The position numbers and the translations under genes were made by a program. A stretch of DNA of 62,941 nt, counting the filler, from Octopus bimaculoides (Eukaryota): the NCBI RefSeq assembly GCF_001194135.2. It is 8 parts of 7 records of this genome, joined end to end, with 100 filler letters (N's around TTAATTAATTAA, not from the genome) between each part and the next. Parts side by side here need not be neighbours in the genome. Positions count along the whole stretch, not along the records: positions 39,466 to 41,859 come from NW_026331475.1; positions 41,960 to 56,931 come from NC_068981.1; 6 more parts are not named here. One strand, 5' to 3'. The notes under the pieces are model-generated. The model was given only the letters and a program-made list of their open reading frames with translations, was not told the DNA's origin and ran no database searches. Position 1 is the stretch's first letter, and every line of letters begins with the position of its first letter. Below are positions 39,366 to 52,713 of the stretch, one piece after another.

Positions 39366-39555
39366 NNNNNNNNNNNNNNNNNNNNNNNNNNNNNNNNNNN
39401 NNNNNNNNNTTAATTAATTAANNNNNNNNNNNNNNNNNNNNNNNNNNNNNNNNNNNNNNNNNNNNTATATATATATATATACGACGGGCTTCTTTCAGTT
39501 TCTGTTTTGTAAATCCACTCACAAGATTCTGGTCAGCTCGAGGCTATAGGAGAAA

Positions 39556-40012
39556 ACTCTAAAACCTCCTTGTTGAAACGAAACTCCGGAAGAAAACCAA
39601 AACATTGAGATAAGGACCGTCTGACACCTACGCGAATTGTTATATAGGATCACAAAAGTATAGCTCAAAAAAGATTACTGCAGAGCTTAATGACCACCTC
39701 GCGAACCCAGTTTCCACAAAAGCTGTTCCCCGGGAGCTGCACAAAGCCGGACTTCACGAGAGGGCTGCAATCAGGAAACCACTACTTTCAAAAACAAACG
39801 TTGGAAAGCGTTTAGAGTGGAGTAAAAACCTACAGAATTGGCCCCTAGAGCAGTGCAAGAATATTATTTTCTCGAACGAGTCATCCTTTACCATATTTCC
39901 GATCACCGGTTGAGTATATGTGTGGAGACAGCCAAAAGAAGCATTCTACCCAGACTGCCTTCTTCCAACTGTAAAACTTGGAGGAGGATTTGTGATGATC
40001 AGAGGGGCTATA
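39556..40012 (+). mobile_element. Tc1-family transposase pseudogene fragment (cut by a gap)
   Basis: NSGRKPK..ITAELNDHLANPVSTKAVPRELHKAGLHERAAIRKPLLSKTNVGKRLEWSKNLQNW..IIFSNESSF..VWRQPKEAFYPDCLLPTVKLGGGFVMI, which covers the Tc1 HTH, the FSDES-type first Asp motif (here N) and TVKHGGGSVM. Stops and frameshifts are present. Confidence 0.9.
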
Positions 40013-40751
40013 NNNNNNNNNNNNNNNNNNNNNNNNNNNNNNNNNNNNNNNNNNNNNNNNNNNNNNNNNNNNNNNNNNNNNNNNNNNNNNNNNNNNNNNN
40101 NNNNNNNNNNNNNNNNNNNNNNNNNNNNNNNNNNNNNNNNNNNNNNNNNNNNNNNNNNNNNNNNNNNNNNNNNNNNNNNNNNNNNNNNNNNNNNNNNNNN
40201 NNNNNNNNNNNNNNNNNNNNNNNNNNNNNNNNNNNNNNNNNNNNNNNNNNNNNNNNNNNNNNNNNNNNNNNNNNNNNNNNNNNNNNNNNNNNNNNNNNNN
40301 NNNNNNNNNNNNNNNNNNNNNNNNNNNNNNNNNNNNNNNNNNNNNNNNNNNNNNNNNNNNNNNNNNNNNNNNNNNNNNNNNNNNNNNNNNNNNNNNNNNN
40401 NNNNNNNNNNNNNNNNNNNNNNNNNNNNNNNNNNNNNNNNNNNNNNNNNNNNNNNNNNNNNNNNNNNNNNNNNNNNNNNNNNNNNNNNNNNNNNNNNNNN
40501 NNNNNNNNNNNNNNNNNNNNNNNNNNNNNNNNNNNNNNNNNNNNNNNNNNNNNNNNNNNNNNNNNNNNNNNNNNNNNNNNNNNNNNNNNNNNNNNNNNNN
40601 NNNNNNNNNNNNNNNNNNNNNATATATATATTATATATAAATTGTAAATCCAAAGGAAAAAATAACAACAAAACTACAAAGGATTCCGCGGTACACGTGT
40701 TTCAAGCTCTACATGTGTATAATAGATAGGTAGATATATAGATAGATAGAT

Positions 40752-40830
<79 letters not shown>

Positions 40831-40840
40831 NNNNNNNNNN

Positions 40841-40884
<44 letters not shown>

Positions 40885-41439
40885 TAGACAGACAGATAGA
40901 TAGATAGAGAGAGAGAGAAGGGAAGAGGTAGAGATGCATATATATGTGTATATAATATTTCAGATATACTTGGTGCAAATTCGATTCTGTAAGAAAGACA
41001 TTCACTTGTCACTATATTTCGTGCACAAAATTTCCCCTTGTAAATACACCGAGTGAACTCCTAGCTCCCACTATCCAAACTGTTGAATGCAGATATTTTG
41101 AGGTATTTATCTTCTCTCCAGCAGCGGAAACTGGAACAGCAGACGCTGCGAACAGAAACGAGAGACTGGTTCATCTTATGATATTCCCGTCATCGTTCAA
41201 TGATTGAACGCTCTATTCAGCAGTGCGCCTTAAACAGAATACGAGGTCACAGCGCTAAGCAGTGATGTGTATGAATACAGACCTGTCACTAGTCCAAGTA
41301 TGCTTGAGGCATATTCGAACCTGCAATAAAGCCATACACTGTATTTTGTCACTGTAGACAAATAGGTGTCCACCATCATGAAATTTGGTGTTTGTCTCAC
41401 ACCAAAACCTTTACGAAGGGAGAGCGCCAAGCAGTGATT

Positions 41440-41800
41440 GGCAAGACTGCAATGTTGGACAAGAAACAATAAATCATATTATCTCTGACTGCCCAGTGCT
41501 GGCTAAGAAGAAATATATTCACAGACACGACAGAGTTGGGACCTACATACACTAGAAGCTATGCCAACACTATGGAATTACAACAGAAAAAAAGATGGTA
41601 TAGGCACACGACAGAAAAGGTCACAGAAAACGAGAAAGCAACCATACTCTGGGATATGCCAATACACACAGATAGAGAAATTAAGACTAATAGACCAGAT
41701 ATAGTTGTCAAAGATCATGAAGGTAAAAAATGCTTTCTAATTGATGTATCAATACCAGCAGATGACAACGTTTCTCTAAAAGAAATGGAGGAACTTTGAA
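41440..41800 (+). mobile_element. R4/Dong-type LINE fragment (zinc-knuckle to RLE region)
   Basis: ETINHIISDCPVLAKKKYIHRHDRVGTYIH*..WYRHTTEKVTENEKATILWDMPIHTDREIKTNRPDIVVKD..LIDVSIPADDNVSLKE; (AAT)n follows. Confidence 0.88.
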
Positions 41801-43211
41801 AGGAGGAATTGTGAAAGCACGTTATAAAAATGAAACTACTGAATAATAATAATAATAATNNNNNNNNNNNNNNNNNNNNNNNNNNNNNNNNNNNNNNNNN
41901 NNNTTAATTAATTAANNNNNNNNNNNNNNNNNNNNNNNNNNNNNNNNNNNNNNNNNNNNTATATATATATGTATGTATGTACATAGATAAATAAATAAAT
42001 GGAGTTAAACATAGGTGTTATTAAAATCTTTTTACTTCCAACATATGTTTCGAAGAAAGCATTGGTATTATTCCAGAAGGAATAAAATGGTTTAAAACAA
42101 TACAATCTTCTCATCACGGAAAGAAGGTAACCAAACACATCAATAAGACATTTTAACAAAATGTGATAACTGCATATGTGATGAAGGGAACGCTATCAAG
42201 GTTTAAAAAAAAAACAACCCGTTAGTACATACAACTTCAAATTAGTTTATAGAAAGAGGAGGAGGAGAAAGAAAGAAATTAACAGAAAACTAATAGTGGA
42301 GGGATACAGAGCAATAGGTGAATTAGCATTAAGCTTAAAGTCATGGAAGTAGATATATTTAGTGGAAATGTAATGTAAGAAGACAGTCATAGATCGAAGT
42401 TTATAGAATGGTAGAAATCACTTATAGGAACTAAAGGTATGTTTCTGCCAGTGCTTGTAACGATAAACGCGTTCTATAAACGTGTTTACAAGGGCATTCG
42501 TTGCGAACAGGATAAAGTACATTTCAAAGCGAACAAAAGGATTTACCTTTATCATACGGTAAAGATATAGAGAGAATATTTCATATATATATATATATAT
42601 ATGTATATATGTGTATGTTTGTATATATATATATGTATGTACATATATATATATTTATATATATATATATGAATATATATATTTATGTATGAATATATAT
42701 ATTGTCGTTAAACTGTGGCTCTTCTGTGGGACACCGCTGATGGGGTGAAAAGAGGGGAGACTTGCATGTATCGGCAACTGACAGTCTTCCGTTTGCTCAG
42801 TTCTGCTCGTCCAGATGAAGATAAAAGGCCAACTGTGCCTAATAGGGACCCGGGAATACATATATATTCATACACACGTATGTACGTACGTACGTACGTA
42901 CGTACGTACGTACGTACGTACGTTCGTATGTACAAATATATCTTGCTACTTTGTTAGAGCTCGGCTGGAATTCAATGGAGAACAACTGAACTAAAGTTCA
43001 AAGTAATTATACATACAATACATACATTCATAAATGCATGTAAACATTCACACTTGTGTATGCATATATCTATCTTGTTTTAATTTAAAACAAATTTTGA
43101 CTGGTCACCTACTTGGCAGCAAAGTTGTGAAAGAAAGTTTCTTGTTTTATTCGTCATCCTTGAAATCTTAAGAAGGTTTTGCAGATTTTTATAGTCCTAA
43201 ATATCGTGATC

Positions 43212-43264
43212 GTGGAGGCGCAATGGCCCAGTGGTTAGAGCAGCGGACTCGCTGTCGGAGGATC
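43212..43264 (+). mobile_element. tRNA-like SINE head only
   Basis: gtggaggcgcaatggcccagtggttagagcagcggactcgc, the same as the head of 26936-27314. Confidence 0.75.
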
Positions 43265-44274
43265 ATTGTTTACTGCAGATATATAACGACACAAGCTGCA
43301 CCAAGCAATGAAATTGTAACAACTTGTTGCTGATTTTGTTATGGTCATTTAGTGTTATTCTCTTGTTCCCAGGTCAATCATTATTCCGATGAAACGTTGT
43401 TGTGTACACCCGCATGCTCTGCTTTTCGGGTTTTGAAAAGGGATCAATCGTGTTCTGTGTAGGTTCTCTTCGATGTTAACGCTACGAGTCGCCCTTCCAT
43501 GAATAGAAACACAATCATTGATAGTAGCATGTTGGTCAAGTGAACAGAAGTAGTTAATGGTTACATTTTGGACAATGCTCTTTGAAAAAGAGAAGGAATG
43601 ACCAGAAGAAACTTGAAGAGGACGAAAGGAAAAAAAAAGGGTAAAAAAAAAGGAAATTGAGTAATCTCAACGAGAGAGTCATTTACTAATGGTCTACATG
43701 TCTTTCCGTTGACTGACTGGAAATAAAGAGTAGACTAAATTCGGTATATATTTGGCAGGAGGGCAAATGGGAGGACAGGCGTGAATCTGTGTGCGCTTGG
43801 TATGTTGCATATGTATCTGTGTCCGAAAAATATGGAGAGGTAGATTTTATGTGAGTGGTTCTTTATAAGTTGTGTGTTGTATACGTCTGTCAGTGCCCGT
43901 CTGTCTATATTTTGGTGGAGCACTACAACTCAGCAAGTAAAAACTCAACAAGTAACATTTCAACAAGTGCCACATCGTAGCAAGCACTAACATTCACACC
44001 TACACATCTATACACATACACACTCACACATATGTACACACACACATATATATATATACCTCCCACACATATACATACACAAGCATATTATACACACACG
44101 CTTGTATGTATATATATATACACACACACATACATACATACATACATACATACACACATACATACATACATAAATACATATATAATGTTCATTTTTGGAT
44201 ATAGAACGAGGAAAGTCAGTCCCCTCAAACCCAAAACTTGTGCACCAACAGTTTCTCTATCTCCCCCATTTCAG

Positions 44275-45450
44275 GTACTGTGAATAAAGATAGAGTAACC
44301 CGAGAATATTACACCAGACTTATGAGAATATGGCAGTCAGATTTCTCCTCTTACAAAACAATATCCCAGAAGGCATTTGCAGTACTAGTGCTGATCCCAA
44401 CAATTGGGATACTTCATTGATCTGGAGAGGAAATCCATTCCATAGATTTCAAAACCCGCAAAATCCTGACAACAACCGGGAACTTCTACAGAAACAGTGA
44501 TGTTGACAGGCTCTACCTAAGAAGAAATGGAGGTGGTGAGGGCCTGTGATCAGTGTAGACGGCCTTAGAATGCTGTATGGTTTCACTCAGTCAACACCTG
44601 ATAAACAACAGCAGAAAAAAAATAAATATGTAAATGCAGTGCTGAAAAGTGAAGTGAGCAACATTGTACAAGTTGACAGTGAGCTTCACAAGAAGCACTC
44701 TCTCCTATACAACCTCAAAACAGCTGGGCTTTCTTACCTCAAAGAAGATCTGGATGGAAAGCATTCAGCATACAAAAAACAAAAGACTATGCATGGGTAT
44801 GTTGCCCGGAAGATTGAAGAAGACAATAGAATTGACATGAAGCGAAGCCTCTCTTGGCCACAAGACCACTACATCACATCACAATTTGAGGGCTATGCGT
44901 ATGCAATCCAGGAAAAGGAGATTTTCACAAAGTACCTAGTGAACAAGAGAGGCAGTGACGCTCTTATAACCTCAAGGTGCAATCGCATAGTACTACCACC
45001 CTACGCGATCTGATGTTGTTGCTAATTTACAATACCATCCGCAAAAAAAGACTGTCCTGAAATAAACTTAGAAAATCCCTCTGTTACGGAATACATTCGT
45101 AAGCACCAACTCAAGGAATACTGGTGGAATATTCCCATCAAAACTTCTGTCAAATGTAAACATAATAGGCCGGATATTGTTGTTTGGGACAGAAGGGCAA
45201 AGGTATGTACCATCATAGAAGTCAAAGAAAAGGGGATGTCTATAGACAACTGCTTCGAATCCTCCAACTTCTATATTCAGACTATGAATTCATATTCATA
45301 CTAATAACAATTGGAGCACTAGGTTTTGTTAGTAAATGCATAAAGGAGAATCTGGATAAACTGGGATTTTCAGAAAGAGAAATCGACCAGCTACTTGTTG
45401 AGCAGGGTGTAATCGTGTTTTTGTAGGTCTTAAAATACTATCGTGCACTT
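44275..45450 (+). mobile_element. Decayed R4/Dong-type LINE (post-RT region to RLE) with internal deletion
   Basis: EYYTRLMRIWQSD..AFAVLVL..IDFKTRKILT..SDVDRLYLRRNGGG, then MHGYVAR..FEGYAYAIQEKEIFTKYL, then WNIPIKTSVKCKHNRPDIVVWD and GALGFVS. Confidence 0.85.
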
Positions 45451-45870
45451 TATAGGAGTGTTCTACTCTATACGAGAGTCGCTATTTCCCAGCAAGAGGA
45501 GCATCGTGTTTCTTTCCGGTGTCAGTTATAACGCAGCAGTCACATTTCAAGCATTTTGCTTAGCATTACGATATTTGCAGCATCCGGAAAATTCCTCCAT
45601 GTACCAATACACCAGACAAGGAACAGTGGGGGAAAAAAACTTGATTCGGAATATTGAAAATAATTGTCCAATGTGAAATAGTGGAAAAGTACAAAAACCT
45701 ATCATATGTGATCTGCAGTTGTACCATTCAACGATCTCCTTTATTAAAATAACAACGACACTTGGCCGCAGTGAAAAGTTCGGCCGATGTTGGGAAAAGT
45801 TTGGCCGCTGTGAAAAGTTCAGCCGTTGAGAAAAGTTCGGCCGCTGTGAAAAGTTCAATCGCTATGAAGA
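45450..45870 (-). mobile_element. Possible MULE-like DNA transposon end: FLYWCH-like relic and 18-bp subterminal tandem repeat
   Basis: About six units of cggccgctgtgaaaagtt at 45763-45866. A minus-strand broken frame LVHGG..KCLKCDCCVITD..VEHSY loosely resembles a FLYWCH finger. Confidence 0.35.
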
Positions 45871-46244
45871 GGAAGATAATAATACAGAAATAACAAAGAC
45901 CTTTCTACGAATTGGTAAGGAATTGATGGTTCTGGATTCAAGATAAGATGATTCAAGAAGTATTCTCATAAATTCAAAGAAACGAGTAAGAGATGATTAA
46001 TGGAAAACTTGTAAGCAACCAATGAATGGTTTGAACTATTCATAAGAAGATACAATCAGCAAATTAAGGAAAAGATGTAGAAGTTATTGTGATCTGCAAA
46101 CAACAATGGATATATAAAGATCTAAGAAAATGTATTACATAGTAAAGTGCATTCTCATAATGGATTTAAAATGCTTCCATTACGAAAAAGTTAAATAATA
46201 TAGGTCTTGAAGTAACATCTACGTCGACGAACGACGCTTTAGCC

Positions 46245-46315
<71 letters not shown>

Positions 46316-46423
46316 TGTGTGTGTGTGTGTGTATATGTTTGTGCGTGTGTATAAGAAGAGATGGTATCATTAAAATACCATCAAGTGTAGCAAGCAAGTT
46401 ATCAGCCGTACGGGCAAATTAAT

Positions 46424-46831
46424 ACCACATGAACACTTACATCGCTAAAAATAGAAGTCAGAAATACTTCTGTACCACAGAATAGTCACAAATCTAATAC
46501 AGGCATGGTAGGAAAAATTTCCAGTGAACATTAAAGACGTCTTACCTCTGCTAGGTCAGCACATGCAATACTGGTCAACTTGGAACCGGTTTCGAAATTA
46601 GCGCCAAATAGGTCTCTGTTTCTCTTTAGTCAAAGTCTGCCAGTTTCTCCCCACCATGCCCGAAAAAGTTCCAGGATCACCAATATTGCTTGTACTCACT
46701 TAGCAGAGGTAAGACGTTTTTTAATGTTCTCTAGAATTTATTCCTACCATGCTTGTATTAGACTTGTGACAATTCTGTGGTACAGAAGTATTTTTACCTT
46801 CTATTTTTAGAGATGTAGGTGTTCATGTGGT
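46424..46831. mobile_element. Foldback MITE: ~165-bp terminal inverted repeats around a ~75-bp spacer
   Basis: The left arm accacatgaacacttacatcgctaaaaatagaag...cttacctctgctagg...ttggaac is the reverse complement of the right arm gttccagg...tagcagaggtaag...gatgtaggtgttcatgtggt, with scattered mismatches. No clear TSD. Confidence 0.85.
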
Positions 46832-47717
46832 TTCTTCGTGTACGTATGTATGTATGTACGTATATATGTATGTATANNNNNNNNNNNNNNNNNNNNNNNN
46901 NNNNNNNNNNNNNNNNNNNNNNNNNNNNNNNNNNNNNNNNNNNNNNNNNNNNNNNNNNNNNNNNNNNNNNNNNNNNNNNNNNNNNNNNNNNNNNNNNNNN
47001 NNNNNNNNNNNNNNNNNNNNNNNNNNNNNNNNNNNNNNNNNNNNNNNNNNNNNNNNNNNNNNNNNNNNNNNNNNNNNNNNNNNNNNNNNNNNNNNNNNNN
47101 NNNNNNNNNNNNNNNNNNNNNNNNNNNNNNNNNNNNNNNNNNNNNNNNNNNNNNNNNNNNNNNNNNNNNNNNNNNNNNNNNNNNNNNNNNNNNNNNNNNN
47201 NNNNNNNNNNNNNNNNNNNNNNNNNNNNNNNNNNNNNNNNNNNNNNNNNNNNNNNNNNNNNNNNNNNNNNNNNNNNNNNNNNNNNNNNNNNNNNNNNNNN
47301 NNNNNNNNNNNNNNNNNNNNNNNNNNNNNNNNNNNNNNNNNNNNNNNNNNNNNNNNNNNNNNNNNNNNNNNNNNNNNNNNNNNNNNNNNNNNNNNNNNNN
47401 NNNNNNNNNNNNNNNNNNNNNNNNNNNNNNNNNNNNNNNNNNNNNNNNNNNNNNNNNNNNNNATATATATATTTATAGCCTAAATGATACGAAGACGAAG
47501 GCATTTTCTAACACATCTTTAATGATTCGTTATAATTGCTTCTGTGCGAACTTTGTTTGCAAAGCCAGTTTATGCAGAAATTCAAAGTGAAACTTTACAT
47601 AATGTTTGCGGTTTTAGACATTAAAGTGACATTTCATCAGACTTGCATTAAAGTTGCGCTTTCCATTGCAAATTTGATGCAAGTGTGAAGAATATTAATT
47701 AAGACGATGAGCTGATG

Positions 47718-48115
47718 AAGACGATGAGCTGGCCGAATCGTTACCGCACCGGGTAAAATGTTTAGCGGAATTTCACTCGTCTTTACATTCTGCGTTCGAA
47801 TTCTGCCGAGGTCGACTTTCCCTTTCATACATTTAGGGTCTATAAATTAAGTAACAGTCGAACACTGGGGTCGTCGTAATCGACTTATTCACTCCCCCGA
47901 AATTGCTGACCTTGTGTCAAAATTTGAAATAAATATTTTATCATGTATTCATGTCGCGATAAATGGTTACCGGCATTTTGTCCGTCTTTACGTTCTGAGT
48001 TCAAATTCTGCCTAGGCTGACTGCTTTTCGTCCATTCGGGGTCGTTGAGCACTGGGGTCGATATTATCGACCTATTCCTCCTCTAAAATTGCTGCTCTTG
48101 GGCCAAATTTGAAAA
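47718..48115 (+). mobile_element. Two tandem copies of the major SINE family
   Basis: gagctggccgaatcgtta...gttcgaattctgccgaggtcgactttccctttcat...; a second, 5'-truncated copy starts at ~47955. Confidence 0.8.
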
Positions 48116-49420
48116 CGGTGTTTTACCATATATTTGATAAATCTACGTATCATCGGTGACATTGTTTATGATATTATACTATTGATTTATACTGTTAAAA
48201 TATCATACATTCTGGATGGTTACCATTGTAACGAGTGCCAATGTAGAAGTATCCAAAATATCATTTGTGGTAATAAAAGAAAAATACGTGTGCCTGTAGG
48301 CATCTATTTCATCGTCTGCGCTTATATATATATATATATATATAAATATATATATATACATACCATATATGTGCCTCGTTTGTCTGTGTGTGTGTGCGTG
48401 AGTATGTGCGTGCATCTGTGTGTGTGGTGCATACATATATATGTGTGTGTGTAGGTGTATATAAAAGCGTATATATATATATATATATATATATATNNNN
48501 NNNNNNNNNNNNNNNNNNNNNNNNNNNNNNNNNNNNNNNNNNNNNNNNNNNNNNNNNNNNNNNNNNNNNNNNNNNNNNNNNNNNNNNNNNNNNNNNNNNN
48601 NNNNNNNNNNNNNNNNNNNNNNNNNNNNNNNNNNNNNNNNNNNNNNNNNNNNNNNNNNNNNNNNNNNNNNNNNNNNNNNNNNNNNNNNNNNNNNNNNNNN
48701 NNNNNNNNNNNNNNNNNNNNNNNNNNNNNNNNNNNNNNNNNNNNNNNNNNNNNNNNNNNNNNNNNNNNNNNNNNNNNNNNNNNNNNNNNNNNNNNNNNNN
48801 NNNNNNNNNNNNNNNNNNNNNNNNNNNNNNNNNNNNNNNNNNNNNNNNNNNNNNNNNNNNNNNNNNNNNNNNNNNNNNNNNNNNNNNNNNNNNNNNNNNN
48901 NNNNNNNNNNNNNNNNNNNNNNNNNNNNNNNNNNNNNNNNNNNNNNNNNNNNNNNNNNNNNNNNNNNNNNNNNNNNNNNNNNNNNNNNNNNNNNNNNNNN
49001 NNNNNNNNNNNNNNNNNNNNNNNNNNNNNNNNNNNNNNNNNNNNNNNNNNNNNNNNNNNNNNNNNNNNNNNNNNNNNNNNNNNNNNNNNNNNNNNNNNNN
49101 NNNNNNNNNNNNNNNNNNNNNNNNNNNNNNNNNNNNNNNNNNNNNNNNNNNNNNNNNNNNNNNNNNNNNNNNNNNNNNNNNNNNNNNNNNNNNNNNNNNN
49201 NNNNNNNNNNNNNNNNNNNNNNNNNNNNNNNNNNNNNNNNNNNNNNNNNNNNNNNNNNNNNNNNNNNNNNNNNNNNNNNNNNNNNNNNNNNNNNNNNNNN
49301 NNNNNNNNNNNNNNNNNNNNNNNNNNNNNNNNNNNNNNNNNNNNNNNNNNNNNNNNNNNNNNNNNNNNNNNNNNNNNNNNNNNNNNNNNNNNNNNNNNNN
49401 NNNNNNNNNNNNNNNNNNNN

Positions 49421-49488
<68 letters not shown>

Positions 49489-50145
49489 GTGTGTGTGTGC
49501 GTGTGTGTGTCTGTGTGTGTGTGTATGTTCCTTATTTAACTTTTGTCTTTACTTTTTATAAATAAGTTTACTTTCCTCCTTTTCTCGAAATTATTTTCTC
49601 ATTTTTATATTTATCCTGTAGTTTCTCTCCAATCTTAAACTAAACTGCGATGAACTTTGTAAATCACATTTTCAGAAGCCCACGAGAATCTTATATACTC
49701 AAAGTATATAGCCTTATATAAAGTTTTTCTTGTAACCGCTGTATGTATGAATATTTTGAAACACCGCTAAAGTTGTTTTACCGTTGTCTCGTACACACAC
49801 ATACACACACAGTTATATATATATATATATATATATACATATATATACATAAGCATATATACATACTCACGCAACACATATATACATATACATACATATA
49901 TGCACATACGCACACACCCTCATGCACATGCGCACGCGCAAACACACACATCGATATGCATGCATATGAATATTAAAAACTTTCTACATATCAATATCCA
50001 GTCATAAAAGTTTCTTATATATTAACTGGCAAAAATGACGGAAGAACCTGAAATTACACGATGTTAATCATAGTGGTTATTCTTCCTTTTTGCCTTATCA
50101 AGGCATAACCATAAGAAAGTTTGTTAGCTCGTCATATACTGTTCA

Positions 50146-50244
50146 GTGGAGGCGCAATGGCCCAGTGGTTAGGGCAGCGGACTCGCAGTCATAGGATCGC
50201 AGTTTCGTTTCCCTGACCGGGCGTTGTGTGTGTTTATTGAGCGA
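50146..50244 (+). mobile_element. 3'-truncated tRNA-SINE head
   Basis: gtggaggcgcaatggcccagtggttagggcagcggactcgcagtcataggatcgc..., matching the head of 26936-27314. Confidence 0.8.
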
Positions 50245-50870
50245 ATATATATATTTATCCTGAATTTAGGTAAATAATTCTTCGGACAGACGGTCAGTAG
50301 CGAAACCTACTCGGTTCGGCTGCTCTACATTGATAAAGGGAAAATATCCCGAAACTACTCTGTAGATGCCAGACCAGCAAAGGGAAGCGGCTGACCTCCT
50401 CTGTTCGAAGGTTATAATGGACACAGGTTCGTGTGTCACAGCTAGCTAGAGGCAATGGCCTCTTGGAGCTAATCAACGGCAGCGTTTGTCCTATTTTTCT
50501 GGACTGCCATGTTAGCATGGCGATAACTATTAATATATAAATATATATATAGTTGCTATGGTCACATCGCGAAGCAGCAGCAATCCGTTCTGCGTTAATG
50601 TAATAACGTAAATGAATAAGAAATCTTACAAATAACAGGTATACGCGTAAGAGGCAAAGAGAAGTGAAACAAATAAATAATATATGGAGTCAGAAAAAGG
50701 TAAAACATAACTGCACGAGCGTAGAAATACAAAGAGAAAAGATGTTTTGATTCAAAATAAAAGCGCTATTCTCCGAGAAAGAGATGAAAAGTTAACAAAG
50801 TCAAAAGGGTTCGATACCGAATTTAAGACGTATGTTTGCATATAAATCCGTAGGCATATATATATATATA

Positions 50871-51751
50871 CGAGGAGTTACCCAAAAGAAACCGGTATTT
50901 TGCAATATTACTCTATTCACTTAGTTTTACATGTTCACACGTTTATTGCCTTCAAAGTATACTTCATTTGAAACGATGCATTGATCCAGTGCTGGAACTC
51001 ATGCTAAATGATGCCTTTTAACGCCTCGGGTCGTTTTTTCTTCACCTCTTCCAAATCTGCAAATTCCGTAGCAAGAACTTTCGTCACCAGTGATGACCTT
51101 CGAAAACAGGTCCGGATCAACTTCCAGCTGTTCTTTCAGTTCCCGACATACATTCAGTCGTGACTGCTTTTATCTCCCGTGAACGAGCGAGGCACACATT
51201 TTGCTGTAACCCTTTCCATTCGCAATTCTTCGCTCAGAATTCGTTGATAGGATCTACAGGACACACCAGTCATATCAACAAGTTTGTCAATTGTTCGGTG
51301 ATGGTTCTCTAAGATCAGTTCATGAATTTATATGATATTTTCATTCGTTCGGTAGGTCGCCGGCCGCCCTGAACAAGGTTGGTCCTCAAGAGCAAGTGAC
51401 CATTCATAAATCGTGAAAACCACTCGTAAACTTGTGTTATGCTCATGATAGCGGCCTCCTAAGCTGTTTGAAATAAGACAATTGTTTAGGTCGCCGTTTT
51501 CCTCGTCAGGAAACAGAATTTCACGGAAGCTCGCTGTTCCTTCGTTTCGAACATCGCAAAAATCGACGAACAGAGGAGAGCACTACAAAACAAAGACAGT
51601 ACCACGTGACAGTACGACTACACCGGACGACACCAGTTGGCAGACTGATGTCTGAGGGTTGCATTAAGTAGCTTCTAGAGGCGGAAGCCTGAACTACAGC
51701 GGGCTTGTCCGACAGAGAACGTTTCCGGTAACCTTTGGGTACCCTCTAGTG
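50871..51751 (-). mobile_element. Internally deleted mariner element with both TIRs
   Basis: TIRs TA|cgaggagttacccaaaagaaaccgg and ccggtaacctttgggtaccctc...|TA. The minus-strand broken frame reads EQRASVKFCF..TQVYEWFSRF..SGRP..RILSEELRMERVTAKCVPR..DPDLFSKVITGDESSCYG and then jumps to the C-terminal LEEVKKK..EALKGI. Confidence 0.88.
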
Positions 51752-52713
51752 TATAATATATATATATATATAACGTGAAGTATATTTGCCACTTAAATGC
51801 GGCTAAACCCTAAGGGTGAATGTTACTGTTGCTTTTAGCCCCAGGAGAACATCTCCTCCAGCTGGCTATTGACACACATCTGTGTCCTGTAGGTGTATGT
51901 ATATATACACATACATACAGAGGGAGAGAGAGAGACATACACACATACACGTGCACACGCACACACACGCACATACAAACNNNNNNNNNNNNNNNNNNNN
52001 NNNNNNNNNNNNNNNNNNNNNNNNNNNNNNNNNNNNNNNNNNNNNNNNNNNNNNNNNNNNNNNNNNNNNNNNNNNNNNNNNNNNNNNNNNNNNNNNNNNN
52101 NNNNNNNNNNNNNNNNNNNNNNNNNNNNNNNNNNNNNNNNNNNNNNNNNNNNNNNNNNNNNNNNNNNNNNNNNNNNNNNNNNNNNNNNNNNNNNNNNNNN
52201 NNNNNNNNNNNNNNNNNNNNNNNNNNNNNNNNNNNNNNNNNNNNNNNNNNNNNNNNNNNNNNNNNNNNNNNNNNNNNNNNNNNNNNNNNNNNNNNNNNNN
52301 NNNNNNNNNNNNNNNNNNNNNNNNNNNNNNNNNNNNNNNNNNNNNNNNNNNNNNNNNACACATATATATACATATATATATGTATACGGTATGGAGTTTT
52401 CTTCTTGAGATTGATTGAGCAAGAGAACCTATGACAAAAAGCATTTTTCCGATGGCTACGTCACCTTCTTTCAGTATTTTTATGAATGCATCATGTTTCT
52501 TCAGTTAAGACAGCAGGATATGAATTGAGAGCAATTTGGTTGCCATTTCTGGTAGGTGGTGTAACTTTATACAGACTCCCTCCTTGGCTGCTATTTTTAA
52601 GCTTCTTATTAGCCTTTCTTGAATTGAACGATTTTGATACTCTTTCTGGCCACCACTTTCAGAAAATTATCGTAGATCTTGGTTTACTTGATGTAATATG
52701 TTTTCTCCTTGCA

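Noticed and set aside
42700-42870. cagatgaag...ccaac as another hammerhead
   Set aside because: No GAAA core and no stem II pairing.
43212-43264. tRNA-like sequences (also 50146, 27314, 57797, 60460) as tRNA genes
   Set aside because: None forms a complete cloverleaf with an acceptor stem and poly-T terminator; all continue into, or match the heads of, repeat bodies.
31471-52444. Long ORFs (170-380 aa) in the supplied track
   Set aside because: They consist of X residues from N gaps plus microsatellite-encoded dipeptide repeats.
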